Counted from the whole stretch's first letter, positions 49,955 to 62,282 are shown. The stretch: DNA of 63,869 nt, filler included, from Atractiella rhizophila (GCA_021432655.1; 4 parts of 4 records of this genome joined end to end with filler, not necessarily neighbours in it); one strand, 5' to 3'. Numbers and translations: made by a program. The notes: generated from the sequence alone by a model not told the origin.

Positions 49955-51505
49955 CTAAGCAACAAAGAATGAATGTGTAATCAGAACAAATAAAGGCAAA
50001 AAAAAGCTCACTATCCTGACAGCAATCCATAAGATTGCTACCCAGAGGACATCCCCTGATGGATTATGCTGAATCTGTGATGCTGATTTTAGCCTTGAGG
50101 TTTTGTTGTGACAGCCGCTCAAACGCTTCGCTTTGCACATATCGCTGTCGTTGTCTCTTGCGTGGGGAGGGAGAGAGGGATCAGAAGGGGAGGCAGGGTT
50201 GGTGTTGCAGTGTCCGAAAGGTGGTTTCTGTGGTCGCCTCTCGTCGGAATCAGTTTCATCGTCATCAGGTGAGTCTTCATTCTCATCGGCTGATGAAATG
50301 ATAAACGTCTGAATATTGAATGGATCATCGAGAGGAGAAGGAGGTGAGGTTGCAAGGGTAGGTGCCGTACTGTGCTGGCCATCGTCTTCGTGAGCCACTG
50401 GGACGTCACGAGTGGTATGGGGAATGGAGTAAGGCGGTGGAAGAGGCCGGTTGTCGATAAGGAAGGTTTTGAGCGGCTAGCATGTCTTTGCTTCCCTGAA
50501 AAACCAATCAGCGCCAGCTTCGGTGCTCAAAGAGATTGAGAAAGGAGAGAGGAAAATAAAAATACAAACTGTTCCAGCAATTCTTGCTTTTTCTTACGGT
50601 TGTGGCGGTTTGCTTTGGCACCTTCGTACCAATGTTGTATCCTGAAGAGCGGCCCAATGCCTTTTCTCCCTTCTTCTGATTCAACTCTCGCCCTCCCTCA
50701 GACATCAACTCAGCAAAAATGCCTGGAAGTTGTGCTTTAGCTTCTGCAATGAGTATCTATCCTTCAGCAGTTTCAGGAGCAAGCTCATTGGCACTCTCTT
50801 CTGATGCAGATTCACCCTCAGAGTCAGAACTTTGCTCTGATGAAGCCCAACTTGCATCATCAAAGGTTTCGAAGCAATTCAAAGTCTCTTCATGCTTGCT
50901 GCAAGAAGAGATCTCAAAAGGTTCAGGCAATGGAGCATCTGCTAATGCGAGGATCTCACTTTCTTCATCAGAAGAATCTGAGAAAAGTAACCAGGGGTCT
51001 GTCACAGATCCTCCAAGTATCTTCAGACCTTATCGCTGCTGACTCTTCGCAGCTTTAGCTGCCCTTGCTGTGACAAGCTTTTGGTCACGAGCTTTCATGC
51101 TCTTTGAGCGTCTCCCCATGCTGCTGAAAGATTTGGCAAAGGGGGAAATGGAAAAGAAAGAAGGGAAACGTCGATGTTGCAGACAATTGGAACCTGAGGA
51201 CTTGTGTTTGTGGCGCTAATGCAGCACCGGAACCGAAATCGACCGTTCGGAGCCGAACGCCGACATCGGAACTAACTTTGCCAAAGTACACTGGAGATGT
51301 ACAACGGCCTGTCCCAATCGCAAGATCTTTGAAAATAAAACCTTTTCTGGAAGTCAACCAATAAAAAATCTGTCTTACAAAACTCTTCTAAATACACCAA
51401 ATAAGCTATATGTAAGACAGATTGTTGAAATGTTCACTCTGGGAGTCACGATTTTGGAATGACTCATGCTGCAGCCTCTGATGCGGGACTAGCGGACCTG
51501 CACCA
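49955..51505 (-). mobile_element. Tc1/IS630-like transposon, 5' half with left TIR (51460-51505) followed by TA
   Basis: 46-bp TIR matches 44800-44845 with 2 mismatches; degenerate N-terminal ORF MGRRSKSMKARDQK.. is acidic/basic and contains KKGEKALGRSSGYN. Confidence 0.7.
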
Positions 51506-51507
51506 TA

Positions 51508-52527
51508 GCTTTCCAAGATGTGTTTCCCATGTTTCCAAACGTGTTTCGCAGTTTTCAGAATGTGTTTCCTAGCTTTCCAAAATGTGTTTCCCACATTTCC
51601 AAACGTGTTTCCCAGCTTTCCAAGACGTGTTTCCCATGTTTCCAAATGTCCTTCCCAGTTTTCAGAATGTGTTTCCTAGCTTTCCAAGATGTGTTTCCCA
51701 TGTTTCCAAACGTGTTTCCCAGTTTTCACAATGTGTTTCCTATCTTTCCAAAATGTGTTTCCCACGTTTCCAAACGTATTACCAAGTTTTCAGAATGTGT
51801 TTACCAGTTTTCCAAATGTGTTTCCTAGCTTTCCAAGATGTGTTTCCCATGTTTCCAAACGTATTTCCTAGCTTTTCCAAGATGTGTTTCCCATGTTTCC
51901 AAACGTGTTTCCCAGTTATCAGAATGTATTTCCTAGCTTTCCAAAATATGTTTCCCATGTTTCCAAACGTGTTTACCAGTTTCAGAATGTGTTTCCTAGC
52001 TTTCCAAAATGTGTGTCCCATGTTTCCAAATGTGTTTACTGAGAGAATCTGATGCTGGATGGAGCTAGGGCACAGAGATTGGTGGTCAAAGATGATGACC
52101 CGCCTGAACTGCCCCCTAGGGGGCTAAAACTCTGAAATGAAGCAAACACAACAAAGGTGGCTGACCACACAACACAAGACCACAAAATATAACACCTAAT
52201 CCGACATTTACCAGGTTTGTAAACATGTTTCCCAGCTTTCCCACAGTTACAAGACTAGAACCATGGGTCGACATGGATGAGAGCGTCTGCTAACAGTGTT
52301 CCGAATGTTTTTCCCATGTTTCTAAACATCCTTCCCAGTTTTCAGAATGTGTTTCCTAGCTTTCCAAAATGTGTTTCCCATGTTTACAAACGTGTTTCCC
52401 ATGTTTCCAAACGTGTTTCCCAGCTTTCCAAGACATGTTTCCCATGTTTCCAAACGTGTTTCCCAGCTTTCCAAGACGTGTTTCCCATGTTTGCAAACGT
52501 GTTTCCCAGTTTTCAGAATGTGTTTCC
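51508..52527 (+). repeat. 21-bp-period satellite (interrupted by a unique ~170-bp insert near 52040-52205)
   Basis: Read directly from the sequence. Confidence 0.9.
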
Positions 52528-55500
52528 TGTTAGTTGTAGTGTGTTGTTTTGGTCATCTGCCTCTTATGACTCTTATGACTCGTATGAGTCATCACTATGT
52601 AGTTTAGTTCTGCCTAGGAGTGTTGGTGCTCATTATTGACCACCAACCACTCCTAGCCTTAGATCCTTACATGGTAGCGAGAGCTAGTAGCTAAGATTAC
52701 ATTTGGTCACACCTATCACCTCCCCCCTCCTCCAGACCACAATTTTCACCCTCCTACACTCAAATTTCGCTCAATTTCGATGATCAGAACAGATTTGTGA
52801 TCCTCAAACATTCCTTTACCACCTTAGAAGGTTTCTGCCTACTCAGGAATCAAGAAATATAGAAATCTATCACCTTACCACCCATCACCTGCCTCAAAAC
52901 GCACTTTGCTGCCCTGGACTCAAACTTTGACGAATTTGGACGTTATAGGGCTTATTTTGATCGTGAAACACTGCGCTACAACTTTACTAAGAACCATCTT
53001 GGTCACAATAAGCGAAAATTTCGAGATAGCCACTCCATCACCTCCTTCATACCCCCAAAACATATTTTTCGACTTTTTGAAGTCAGATCTGGTCTGATCT
53101 GAACAATTTTATCGCCATTGGATTCACAATAGGCTATTCTACTATCCTACAACAGATCACCTTGATCAGAAGACTCAAAATTTCGAAATTTGCCACCATC
53201 ACATCATCATCACATCAGCCTCTATCACCCTTTCTGCATCACATCAGGGGATCTTAGGACTCAACCACACGGTCTAGGAAGATGTTTGGGATGGAAATGG
53301 CTCTTAATGGGTTGGAATTTGCTGGACTGAACAGTCTTGCTGCAGCAAATGATGTCACTATGCCTCAAGCAAGCCTTGACTGGATAGCAGACACTGGTGC
53401 AACTTCCCACATGTCTCCCCATCGTCATTGGTTCAGAACCTATCAGAAGAAGGTTATCCCTATCAGGGTAGCAAGTGGAGAAGTGATTTGGAGTGCTGGG
53501 ATTGGGAGCTTGATCTTTGAAGCCAAGTTGGAGGAGAAGAAGACCACTGCCATTACCATCTCAGATGTCCTACATGTCCCCAAGCTCTGGAACAACCTCC
53601 TGTCAGTCTTCAGGCTCACCATCTACAAGGGAATGAGGGTCTCCATCAAGCACAACAAGGTTCTCTTCTTCCAGCATCAAAAACTCTGCCTTACTGCCAC
53701 TGTGGACTACAAGAATGGAAGCATGGCTGGGATACTTGATGGGAACACCCTTCCTGCTCCAGAATTTGCTGGGAATGCTTCTACACTGCCTATGGATGCC
53801 TCTCTGTGGCACAGAAGACTTGGACATCTTAATTATGAGGACATCAAGCGTCTGAAGAGGAAATTGCTTCAGCGGTCGTCCACATTCGCAACAGATCTCC
53901 CTCAGCTTCGATCAACCATGCTATTCCCCACACAAAACTCACTGAACTTACTCCAACCATCTCAAGATTCAGAATTATTGGATGCACTGCTTACGTTCAA
54001 GTTCAGAAGGATGAAAGGCCACACAGCTTAGGATCTCACACTCGAAAATGCGCATTTATAGGCTATTCCCTTGCAGCGAAAGGGTGGGAGTTCTGGGATC
54101 CTGTTGGAAAGAAGGTCTACGTTCGAGACGTTGCCAGATTTGATGAGAGAGAGATGCTCTGCAAGGTCAGGAAGGAGAAGATTATGTTGGAAGAGCCACA
54201 GGGACCACTTGATGAGTGGAAGAAGCGTCAGGATCAGGTGGGAGATAGACAGAATAGTGCTCCAGCTGCTCCTCCAGCCAGGATTTCACTAGACGACGAT
54301 GACGAAGAAGAAGATGGATGGATTCAACAGCCAGGAGCACCAACAGCCAGGAGCACCTCTTACACCTCAGGAACAACCCAGACCGCTTGGAATACAGTCT
54401 CCAAATCGATTTCAGCCCCTTCAGGTCGAAGAAGAAGAAGAAGAAGAAGAAAGAGAGCCGTCTCCAGACCCACTACAGCTTCTGCCTGAACGCCCTAGGA
54501 CACCACCTCGTCAGTACACCATGCAGAGAGATCCTTGGACAGGAGTTCACATGCCTAGATTCTCAGAGTCTCCAGATCCACTCCAGATCCCCCGACAACA
54601 CCAGATCGACCTCCTCCAGCAGCTTCGACACCTCCCCCTGTCAACAGGCCTTCAAGAATTTATATTCTACGAGTAGAGGACGACCTGTAGACAGATTTAG
54701 GACCCCAGAAGCATCTAAAAGCAATGAAGAAGGATCAGCAGACGAGCTTGGGATGTTGGTAAAGGAATGTGACATCCTCACTGAGCCAGAGGCGATGGAA
54801 TATGGCTATATGCTTGTCACAGAGCATGCCATGAGTGCAGCAACAGGAGTAGAGGTCCCTCAGTCATATTCAAGAGCGATGGCAAGCCCTAATGCGAAGG
54901 AATGGCATGAAGCGACAGTAAAGGAAATTCAATCCCACTTGGACAACAAGAGTTGGATTCTGGTCAAGCCGCCTAAAGGAGCAAAAATCGTTGGTTCTCG
55001 ATGGGTGTTTGCGGTTAAGAAGAAGTCGGATGGTTCTATTGAGCGCTTCAAGGCCAGATTCGTCATCAAGGGGTTCTCTCAACGCCCTGGATTTGACTAC
55101 TTTGACACTTTCGCATCAACGGTCAAATGGGCGACACTTAGGACGATCCTTTCGCTCGCTTATGTCTTGGACATGGAGTTGGAGTCAGTAGATATCTCTA
55201 CGGCATTCCTCAACGGCGATATGGATGCAGAAGTCTATGCACAACAACCAGAAGGTCATCCGCAGGGTCCTCCAGAGTACGTTCTGAAGCTAATCAAGGC
55301 CATCTATGGCACAAGGCAAGAAGGGCGTCAATGGCAGAAGAAACTCGATAAGGAACTTGTCGATATGGGATTTAAGAAGATCAAGAGCGACTCTAGTCTG
55401 TGGATTTACTCGAAGGGGGACATCAAAGTACTTGTCCCGGTCTTTGTGGATGATATTACGATCGCTAGCACATCAAAGGGTGCTGTGGAGGACTTCAAGA

Positions 55501-56826
55501 GGGAGTTAGGGAAGCGATTCAAACTCAGAGACCTTGGACCAACGGAATTCCTACTTGGGGTTCGTATTAGGAGGGATAGAAAGCGAAGAATTATGTGGTT
55601 GGATCAAGAACAGTATGTTAAGGACCTTCTAGAACGCCAACAGATGGATGACTGCAACCCTGTCCTCACTCCTCTCAACGTTGGACACGGTCTCACCAAG
55701 CAGGACTGCCCCCAGACAAAGGAAGAACAGGAAGAAATGCGTACAATCCCTTACAGCAACATTGTTGGCTCCATGATGTACTTGGCCATCTCCACTCGTC
55801 CAGATATCGCTCACGCAGTCTCTGTACTTGGAAAATACCTCTCTAATCCTGGAAAGAAGCACTGGGAAGCGGCCAAGCATCTTCTACGATACCTCAAAGG
55901 CACTCAGAACTTAGGAATTGAGTATTCTGCAACTGGTTTTGACCTCAAGCAACCTTTTCACGCTTTCTGCGATGCAGATTTTGCTGGGTGCAAGGATACT
56001 GGACGTCCTACAGGAGGCTATCTCCTCAAGATAGGCAATGGAGCGGTCAGTTGGAGCAGCAAACTACAATCCCTCGTTGCCCTTTCCACAACCCAAGCAG
56101 AATATGTCTCAGGAGTCTCAGCTGGCCAAGAAGTCGTCTGGCTAAGGAGTCTTTTAGAAGAAATTGGCTTCGCTCCTCAAGGTCCTACTCCCTTCTTCAC
56201 AGACAGTAGCAGTGCTCTCCAGGTATCCAAGAACCCTGAGCACCATGGTCGAATGAAACACCTGGACCTTCGCTTTTATTGGCTCAGAGATGTTGTTGAG
56301 ATGGGCAAGATCAGTCCAGTCTTCTGTCCGGGGTTCAACATGCCAGCAGACCTCCTTACCAAGGCACTTCCAGTCGCCAGCGTGGACAAGTTTCGAGTTA
56401 TGATGGGTTTGCGCCCCTACCCAAGTGTCTGGGGCAGTTATGGGGCGCAATAAAAATTCCTTTCCTCCTCTGTGGGGTTTTAAGACGCCGCTTTAAGCGG
56501 TGCGAGGACTTTCCCTCTTCTTTTCATTGCAAAACTAATACGCTTTCTGCTTTATATGGAGTATACATTGTACGAATTTGGTGGGAGATTCTCTGGATGT
56601 GGTGGGAGCGTCAAGAGACAGCTGCCCAGGTGTGAGTATTAGTTGTAGTGTGTTGTTTTGGTCATCTGCCTCTTATGACTCATATGAGTCATCACTATGT
56701 AGTTTAGTTTTGCCTGGGAGTGTTGGTGCTCATTATTGACCACCAACTACTCCTAGGTATGTCTCTCTATACTTCATCAATGCCTCATTATTGACCACCA
56801 ACTACGCCTAGCCTTAGATCCTTACA
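52528..56826 (+). mobile_element. Ty1/copia LTR retrotransposon, internally deleted (no visible gag, no integrase core); RT/RNase H intact
   Basis: 5' LTR 52528-52671 (TG..CA), PBS TGGTAGCG at 52672 (initiator tRNA-Met type), protease WIADTGATSHM, pre-integrase LWHRRLGHLN, 3' LTR 56637-56826. Flanks TTTCC/AAAAC do not match. Confidence 0.93.
54318..56453 (+). CDS. Copia reverse transcriptase-RNase H ORF
   Basis: RFKARFVIKGFSQRPGFDY, DISTAFLNG, KAIYGTRQ, VFVDD, CDADFAG, DSSSAL, HLDLRFYWLRD, ADLLTK. Confidence 0.95.
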   Translation: MDSTARSTNSQEHLLHLRNNPDRLEYSLQIDFSPFRSKKKKKKKKESRLQTHYSFCLNALGHHLVSTPCREILGQEFTCLDSQSLQIHSRSPDNTRSTSSSSFDTSPCQQAFKNLYSTSRGRPVDRFRTPEASKSNEEGSADELGMLVKECDILTEPEAMEYGYMLVTEHAMSAATGVEVPQSYSRAMASPNAKEWHEATVKEIQSHLDNKSWILVKPPKGAKIVGSRWVFAVKKKSDGSIERFKARFVIKGFSQRPGFDYFDTFASTVKWATLRTILSLAYVLDMELESVDISTAFLNGDMDAEVYAQQPEGHPQGPPEYVLKLIKAIYGTRQEGRQWQKKLDKELVDMGFKKIKSDSSLWIYSKGDIKVLVPVFVDDITIASTSKGAVEDFKRELGKRFKLRDLGPTEFLLGVRIRRDRKRRIMWLDQEQYVKDLLERQQMDDCNPVLTPLNVGHGLTKQDCPQTKEEQEEMRTIPYSNIVGSMMYLAISTRPDIAHAVSVLGKYLSNPGKKHWEAAKHLLRYLKGTQNLGIEYSATGFDLKQPFHAFCDADFAGCKDTGRPTGGYLLKIGNGAVSWSSKLQSLVALSTTQAEYVSGVSAGQEVVWLRSLLEEIGFAPQGPTPFFTDSSSALQVSKNPEHHGRMKHLDLRFYWLRDVVEMGKISPVFCPGFNMPADLLTKALPVASVDKFRVMMGLRPYPSVWGSYGAQ

Positions 56827-57322
56827 AAAACAAGTTCCCGAAGTTTGCAAACATTTTTCCCAACTTTGCAAATTGCAAACATGTTTCCCATGTTTCAGAG
56901 GTATTCAAACGTGTTTCCCAGGCATCCAAACGTGTTTCCCAGGATTGCAAACATGTTCCCGAAGTTTGCAAACATGTTTCCCATGTTTCCCCGGTATCCA
57001 AACATGTTTCCCAGGAAATCAAACATGTTTCCGAAGTTTGCAAACATGTTTCCGAAGTTTGCAAACATGTTCCCAGGTATCCAAACGTGTTTCCCATGAT
57101 ATCAAACATGTTTTCGAAGTTTGCAAACATGTTTCCGAAGTTTGCAAACATGTTCCCAGGTATCCAAACGTGTTTCCCAGGATTGCAAACATGTTCCCGA
57201 AGTTTGCAAACATGTTCCCAGGTATCCAAACGTGTTTCTCAGGATTGCAAACATGTTTCCGAAGTTTGCAAACATGTTACCAGGTATCCAAACGTGTTTC
57301 CCAGGATTGCAAACATGTTTCC
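56827..57322 (+). repeat. Satellite variant (20/21-bp units, TTTGCAAACATGTTCCCGAAG / GTATCCAAACGTGTTTCCCAG) running into the contig end
   Basis: Read directly from the sequence. Confidence 0.9.
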
Positions 57323-57424
57323 NNNNNNNNNNNNNNNNNNNNNNNNNNNNNNNNNNNNNNNNNNNNTTAATTAATTAANNNNNNNNNNNNNNNNNNNNNN
57401 NNNNNNNNNNNNNNNNNNNNNNAC

Positions 57425-58611
57425 CTTAAGTACGCTATCCCAACTTCCCGTACAAAGTGCCATTCCATCCGCCGACACGCCCAAGCACGACACCCTATTC
57501 TCATGACCGGCCAGAACACCGACACGTTCACCCTTCAAGGTATCCCACACATTACAATTGAAGTCATCATAACCAGCAAAGAGGATCCTTCCAGAAGCCG
57601 AGAAGGCAACCGAGGTGATACCACAGAGCACGTTATCGTGGGTGTACTGGTTAAGTTCCCGATCTGCTCGGAGGTCGAAGAGGCGACAAGAGGCGTCGTC
57701 TGAGCCGGTGGCGAAGGCGTCGCCAGATGGGAAGAATTGGACGGCGTTGATGTCGCTCTCGTGGCCGACGAAAGTCTGAACCGCCTTGCCCGTACGGATG
57801 TCCCAGACTTTGGCGGTGGCGTCACAGGCACCGGAGACGAAAATGTTTTGGTTCGTTCCTAGCGACAATCTGTCCATCCATCCATCTATCAGAACAATCC
57901 AAGCTCTCCCGGCCCTGTGGAGATAGAAGAGAGGAGAACGTACGACATCACATCGCCTGTGTGGTCGTTGAACTCCATAATCCTCACTCCGGCATCCACA
58001 TCCCACATCATACAGGTCATATCACCAGAACTAGTGAGAATCTGACGGTCGTTGAGGAATCGACAGCAGCTGAGATAACCGGTATGTGCGGACAATTCCC
58101 TCGCAACCTTGACGGTTCCGCCTCCAGCGGCACCTTCCCTTCCTCTGAGGTTGTAGACGGAACAAATGTTGTCCAATCCACCACAAGCGACGAAATTTCC
58201 GCTCGGAGAGTAAGCGCAGGTCATGACCCAAGAAGAGCGTAAGGGGATAGCGTGGACTTTGTTAGTGGTGTAGGCATCCCAAACGATAAGTTTTCCGTCC
58301 TGGGAAGCAGAGACCAAATGACGCTTATCCGTCGACCAATGCATAGCGTAAATCTTGGCCAGATGACCGCGAAGGGTACGACGAGGTCGCATCATGATTC
58401 GTGGCAATCCATCGATCTCGTTTGCCATTGCCCTCACTGTCCCACCCCCCTTTCATCAACTCCCCATCCTCTACCGAAAGCGAGAGGAAGGAAGGGACGA
58501 ACGAGATGTGTCAGCCAATTGGTCCCGTTTAGCTCGGATCTTCTCTTTCAGCGTCTCCGCCTCTCGACGGGCGGCCGCGATTTTCTCTTGGATGTCGGTT
58601 TGGGAGGACAT
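57425..58611 (-). CDS. gpb1: Heterotrimeric G-protein beta subunit (last exon lost at contig end)
   Basis: [85 protein letters not shown]; seven WD40 repeats, two introns. Confidence 0.97.
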
Positions 58612-61487
58612 GGCGGGATACTCTGTGTTGGAAAATCTGTTGAGAGGTTCGTGGTCAGTTTAGTTCGTGGATGCAATGAGTACGTGTGGCGTAGGAAAGA
58701 AGCACGAGTGAATGAATGAGCTTCCGGCAGCAGGACAACGGAAAATGGTAGGTGGAGGAACGAACAAGGCGCCTTGTTCTGTTCTCTTAGAAAGAGAAAA
58801 CATGTGATCACCTATTCATCATCTCTTCCCTGCTGTTAGAAGGAGAATTGATCTCTTCCTTGTTGACTGACAGATTGACAGATGACAGAGAAGAGGAAAC
58901 AGACACAAAGGACGGACACGTTTGAGAGGGTCGGTAGGGAAAGATGGTTCGGAATGTGTAAATACCGCCCACTTTCCACTTGTCCTGAAAAGAGAAGATT
59001 TCAGGAACCCAGTTGAGGAAAAGATTGACAAGTGAGTGGAGCGAAGGAGATCTAGAATGCTTAAGCGGCGGTGGATAAGCGGGAGAAATGCAACTGGAAG
59101 GAGGGACCTTTTGTCCCTTCTCCGCCCAGCTTCCACTGCATCGCGCCATCCCTTCTCCCATCAANNNNNNNNNNNNNNNNNNNNNNNNNNNNNNNNNNNN
59201 NNNNNNNNNNNNNNNNNNNNNNNNNNNNNNNNNNNNNNNNNNNNNNNNNNNNNNNNNNNNNNNNNNNNNNNNNNNNNNNNNNNNNNNNNNNNNNNNNNNN
59301 NNNNNNNNNNNNNNNNNNNNNNNNNNNNNNNNNNNNNNNNNNNNNNNNNNNNNNNNNNNNNNNNNNNNNNNNNNNNNNNNNNNNNNNNNNNNNNNNNNNN
59401 NNNNNNNNNNNNNNNNNNNNNNNNNNNNNNNNNNNNNNNNNNNNNNNNNNNNNNNNNNNNNNNNNNNNNNNNNNNNNNNNNNNNNNNNNNNNNNNNNNNN
59501 NGAGTGGGAAAGAAAGAAACGAAGGTGTAACTCCTGGTCAGAAACAAGGTTCCGGAAGAAGGCTGAGCACGAGGTGTGATTTCCTTTATGAGCTTTCTTC
59601 TTCCGAGGTCTTTTCCAACTTTATATCCTGTTTGTCTCACTATTTGCTCTTATTTTATTATTCTGTGTGTTGAATCAGCTACGTAGTAATGTTACTGCTT
59701 ATCTCACTTGGTGTCATTCGTGTTGGTAATAAGTCGCTGGAACTGATTAAGCAGCTCTTTCATTTTGCATAGGAGATAAATACGTGGCTACCGTCCAGAC
59801 TCTGCGTCTCACTTCCTTCTAGTACTTACTTACCATCGCGACTGCGCGAGAATTCAAGTGGCTTACAGAACCGAGTGTAGTTGTTCACGTCCCGAATAGT
59901 TTGCTTCAACTAACTGTTGTGGTGAGCTCGATCGTAACGCTTGCACAAGTATTCTCCTAGAGTAGGTTGCTCGAGAAGACTAGCTACATCTTTACTGGCT
60001 ACATCTCTTTCGTTTGTTCTGTATAATTTCACGAGTCCAATTCCATGAATATCATTGTGAATTCGATCACTGCTCTATACCTAGCGCCGACATTCCTCAT
60101 CCCAATCGCAAGGCCGCTACTTCGGACTTGATAAAAGTGGAACTCTACCCTTCAACGCGTCTACCACCATCCACTGTATCCACGTTTCAGCTCGAATGTA
60201 GGAAGAACCAAGAGGAGTGCAATTGCAGCACCTTAGCTGGAACTTGATTTGATATTAATCACTCCTTAGCACATTTACAGCTGAGATTCGCGCTTTCGCA
60301 AACGTTTTCCGTACCATAGCAGCAGGCTACCTTGAAATCAATGAAATATTGGTGTCAGATTTCTTGTTTGAAAGTATTGACGGGAACTTCACACTTATGG
60401 TTGGCACAAAACACGCTTCTCCGTCTGTTTTACTCCTGTTACTTGCCAGGAATACGATCCATGAACATTCTTCTTCTATCTCGAAGGCAGACAGAGGTCA
60501 AGGATTCAAGATTCCTTTCCTTCTAGCTACACTCATTTGGGCATATCAGTCTTCTCTCCACAACTCCTACTAAGCGCGTCCAACTCGAACCAAACTTTAG
60601 TAAATCAAGTTCACCCCGACATCGTCTGCGTCAAACCAAACTCGCCGCCTCCTTTGCCGCGAAGAGGAGAGAAAAGGGGCGGGCAAGGTGGAAGAATCGA
60701 GGCTAAATTCTCCGCCTGTCCGGCGTGCCCAGTTAGTTCTGGATTTGGCCAACAGCATTGTGCGGACATTGTCAAGTTCCATTTCAGCCTCAGCGCTCAG
60801 CTCGCCCAGCTGCCTTTCCTCCGTGCTCCGTGCCGTGCAACATGCAATGCATAATGTGAAAGCATAAAAGGGCAGGAGGGACGTCCCACCCCGACCGAAA
60901 TTGAACCTCCAATACCGTTTCGATCGACTTGGAGATTGTACCAGTTCTCTTTCTCTTTCTTTCTTATCATAAAGGTAGCGCTGATGACTTCGATGCAGAA
61001 GAATCATTAATTGGACGGTTTTCAAAGTCGACAAACCAATGGTCCCTTCCATCCTCTCCATCGCGTCGCTGGAGCCTCCAGCTCCACCTCCTCCGCCGCC
61101 TCCTCCATCTTCAACACAGGACGGTCCGATGATGATTTATTGAGTTTCGATCTCAGTATGCAGAAAAGTGAGTACTTGTTCTCGTCGATTGAGAGGAAAC
61201 TGATATATACCCCCTTCACAAACAGGCAAGAGTTCGGAAACCCGATGCAACCGGGATAATATGCAGGACATCCATAAATGAAAACGAGTCAATGACCTTG
61301 AAGTGAAGTTGGCCCAATTCTGTACCCAAACATGCAACTTGAAACTGTCCAATTGTCCCAATCATCGTTGAAGCGGATCCGAAACCTTAAGCCCGAGAGT
61401 ATAAATGCGCAGCGGCACTGACGCAGCCTATCAGACGACCAGCTCCTATCTTGTTTGATTGTCTACCCAACGAATCCCAACGACACA

Positions 61488-62282
61488 ATGCTGCCCCTTC
61501 TCCTCCTCCCCGCGCTCGCCGCGTCATCGCCCCTGCGTTCGACGCCCTCAACGTCAAGCGGCAAACTCGCCCCGCTCTATGTCCCTCCCCCGCCGTCCGT
61601 TGGGGGCTTCTCGCACGGCGAAATCGCGCTGTTTGCCAATGCGCACTCGAACTCGACGTCTCATTTGGTCCCCAATGGGTACATTGTCAAGTTGGCAAAG
61701 GGCGCTTGTCCCCATAAACATAGGCAGTTGTTGGGGATGATTAGGGCGGAAGAGAAGAATTGGATGGGCCATCTCGCTTCTCAGGGAGTGCTTTCTTTCG
61801 AGAACGAGTTGGAGGGTCTGGAGAAGGTCGTTAATGTTGGAAAGAAGTGGGTGGGATTGACGGGAAAGTGGTCCGATAGGGAATTGGAGAAGATTCGCGC
61901 GCTTGAGGGTGTGGAGTATGTCGAGAGGGACTCCATCGTCGTCACGAGGGAGGTGGATAGTGACCTCGACGACAAGTATAAGAGGGACCAACAGAAGTTT
62001 GCTACTTGGGTATGTGTTCTTACACCATCATAAACGGCATTGCCTGACTCGAACCATTCGGAATACGTAGGGTCTTCACCGAATTTCGCACCGTGCCAAA
62101 ATTGGCTTCCAGACCTTCATCTACGGCTTCTTCTCCACCCCGACCCCGAGTGGAGTGAACGCCTACATCATCGACACCGGAGTCAACATTGACCACGTCG
62201 AGCTCGAAGGAAGGGCGGAATGGGGAAAGACTATGCCTAAGAACGACGTAGACCAGGATGCGAACGGACACGGATCTCATGT
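61488..62282 (+). CDS. Subtilisin-like S8 protease (proteinase B/K type) with signal peptide and I9 propeptide, truncated at contig end
   Basis: MLPLLLLPALAA.., VPNGYIVKL, VEYVERDSIV, ATW|GLHRISH, AYIIDTGV (catalytic Asp), DANGHGSHV (catalytic His). Confidence 0.93.

Noticed and set aside
51406..52639. Cys/Phe/Pro heptad-repeat ORFs (also 44804-46173 and 56822-57378)
   Set aside because: Translations of the 21-bp satellite in several frames; no evidence of coding.
59500..61300. Possible hypothetical multi-exon gene between G-beta and the subtilisin
   Set aside because: Some splice-like signals, but no supportable reading frame or homology.
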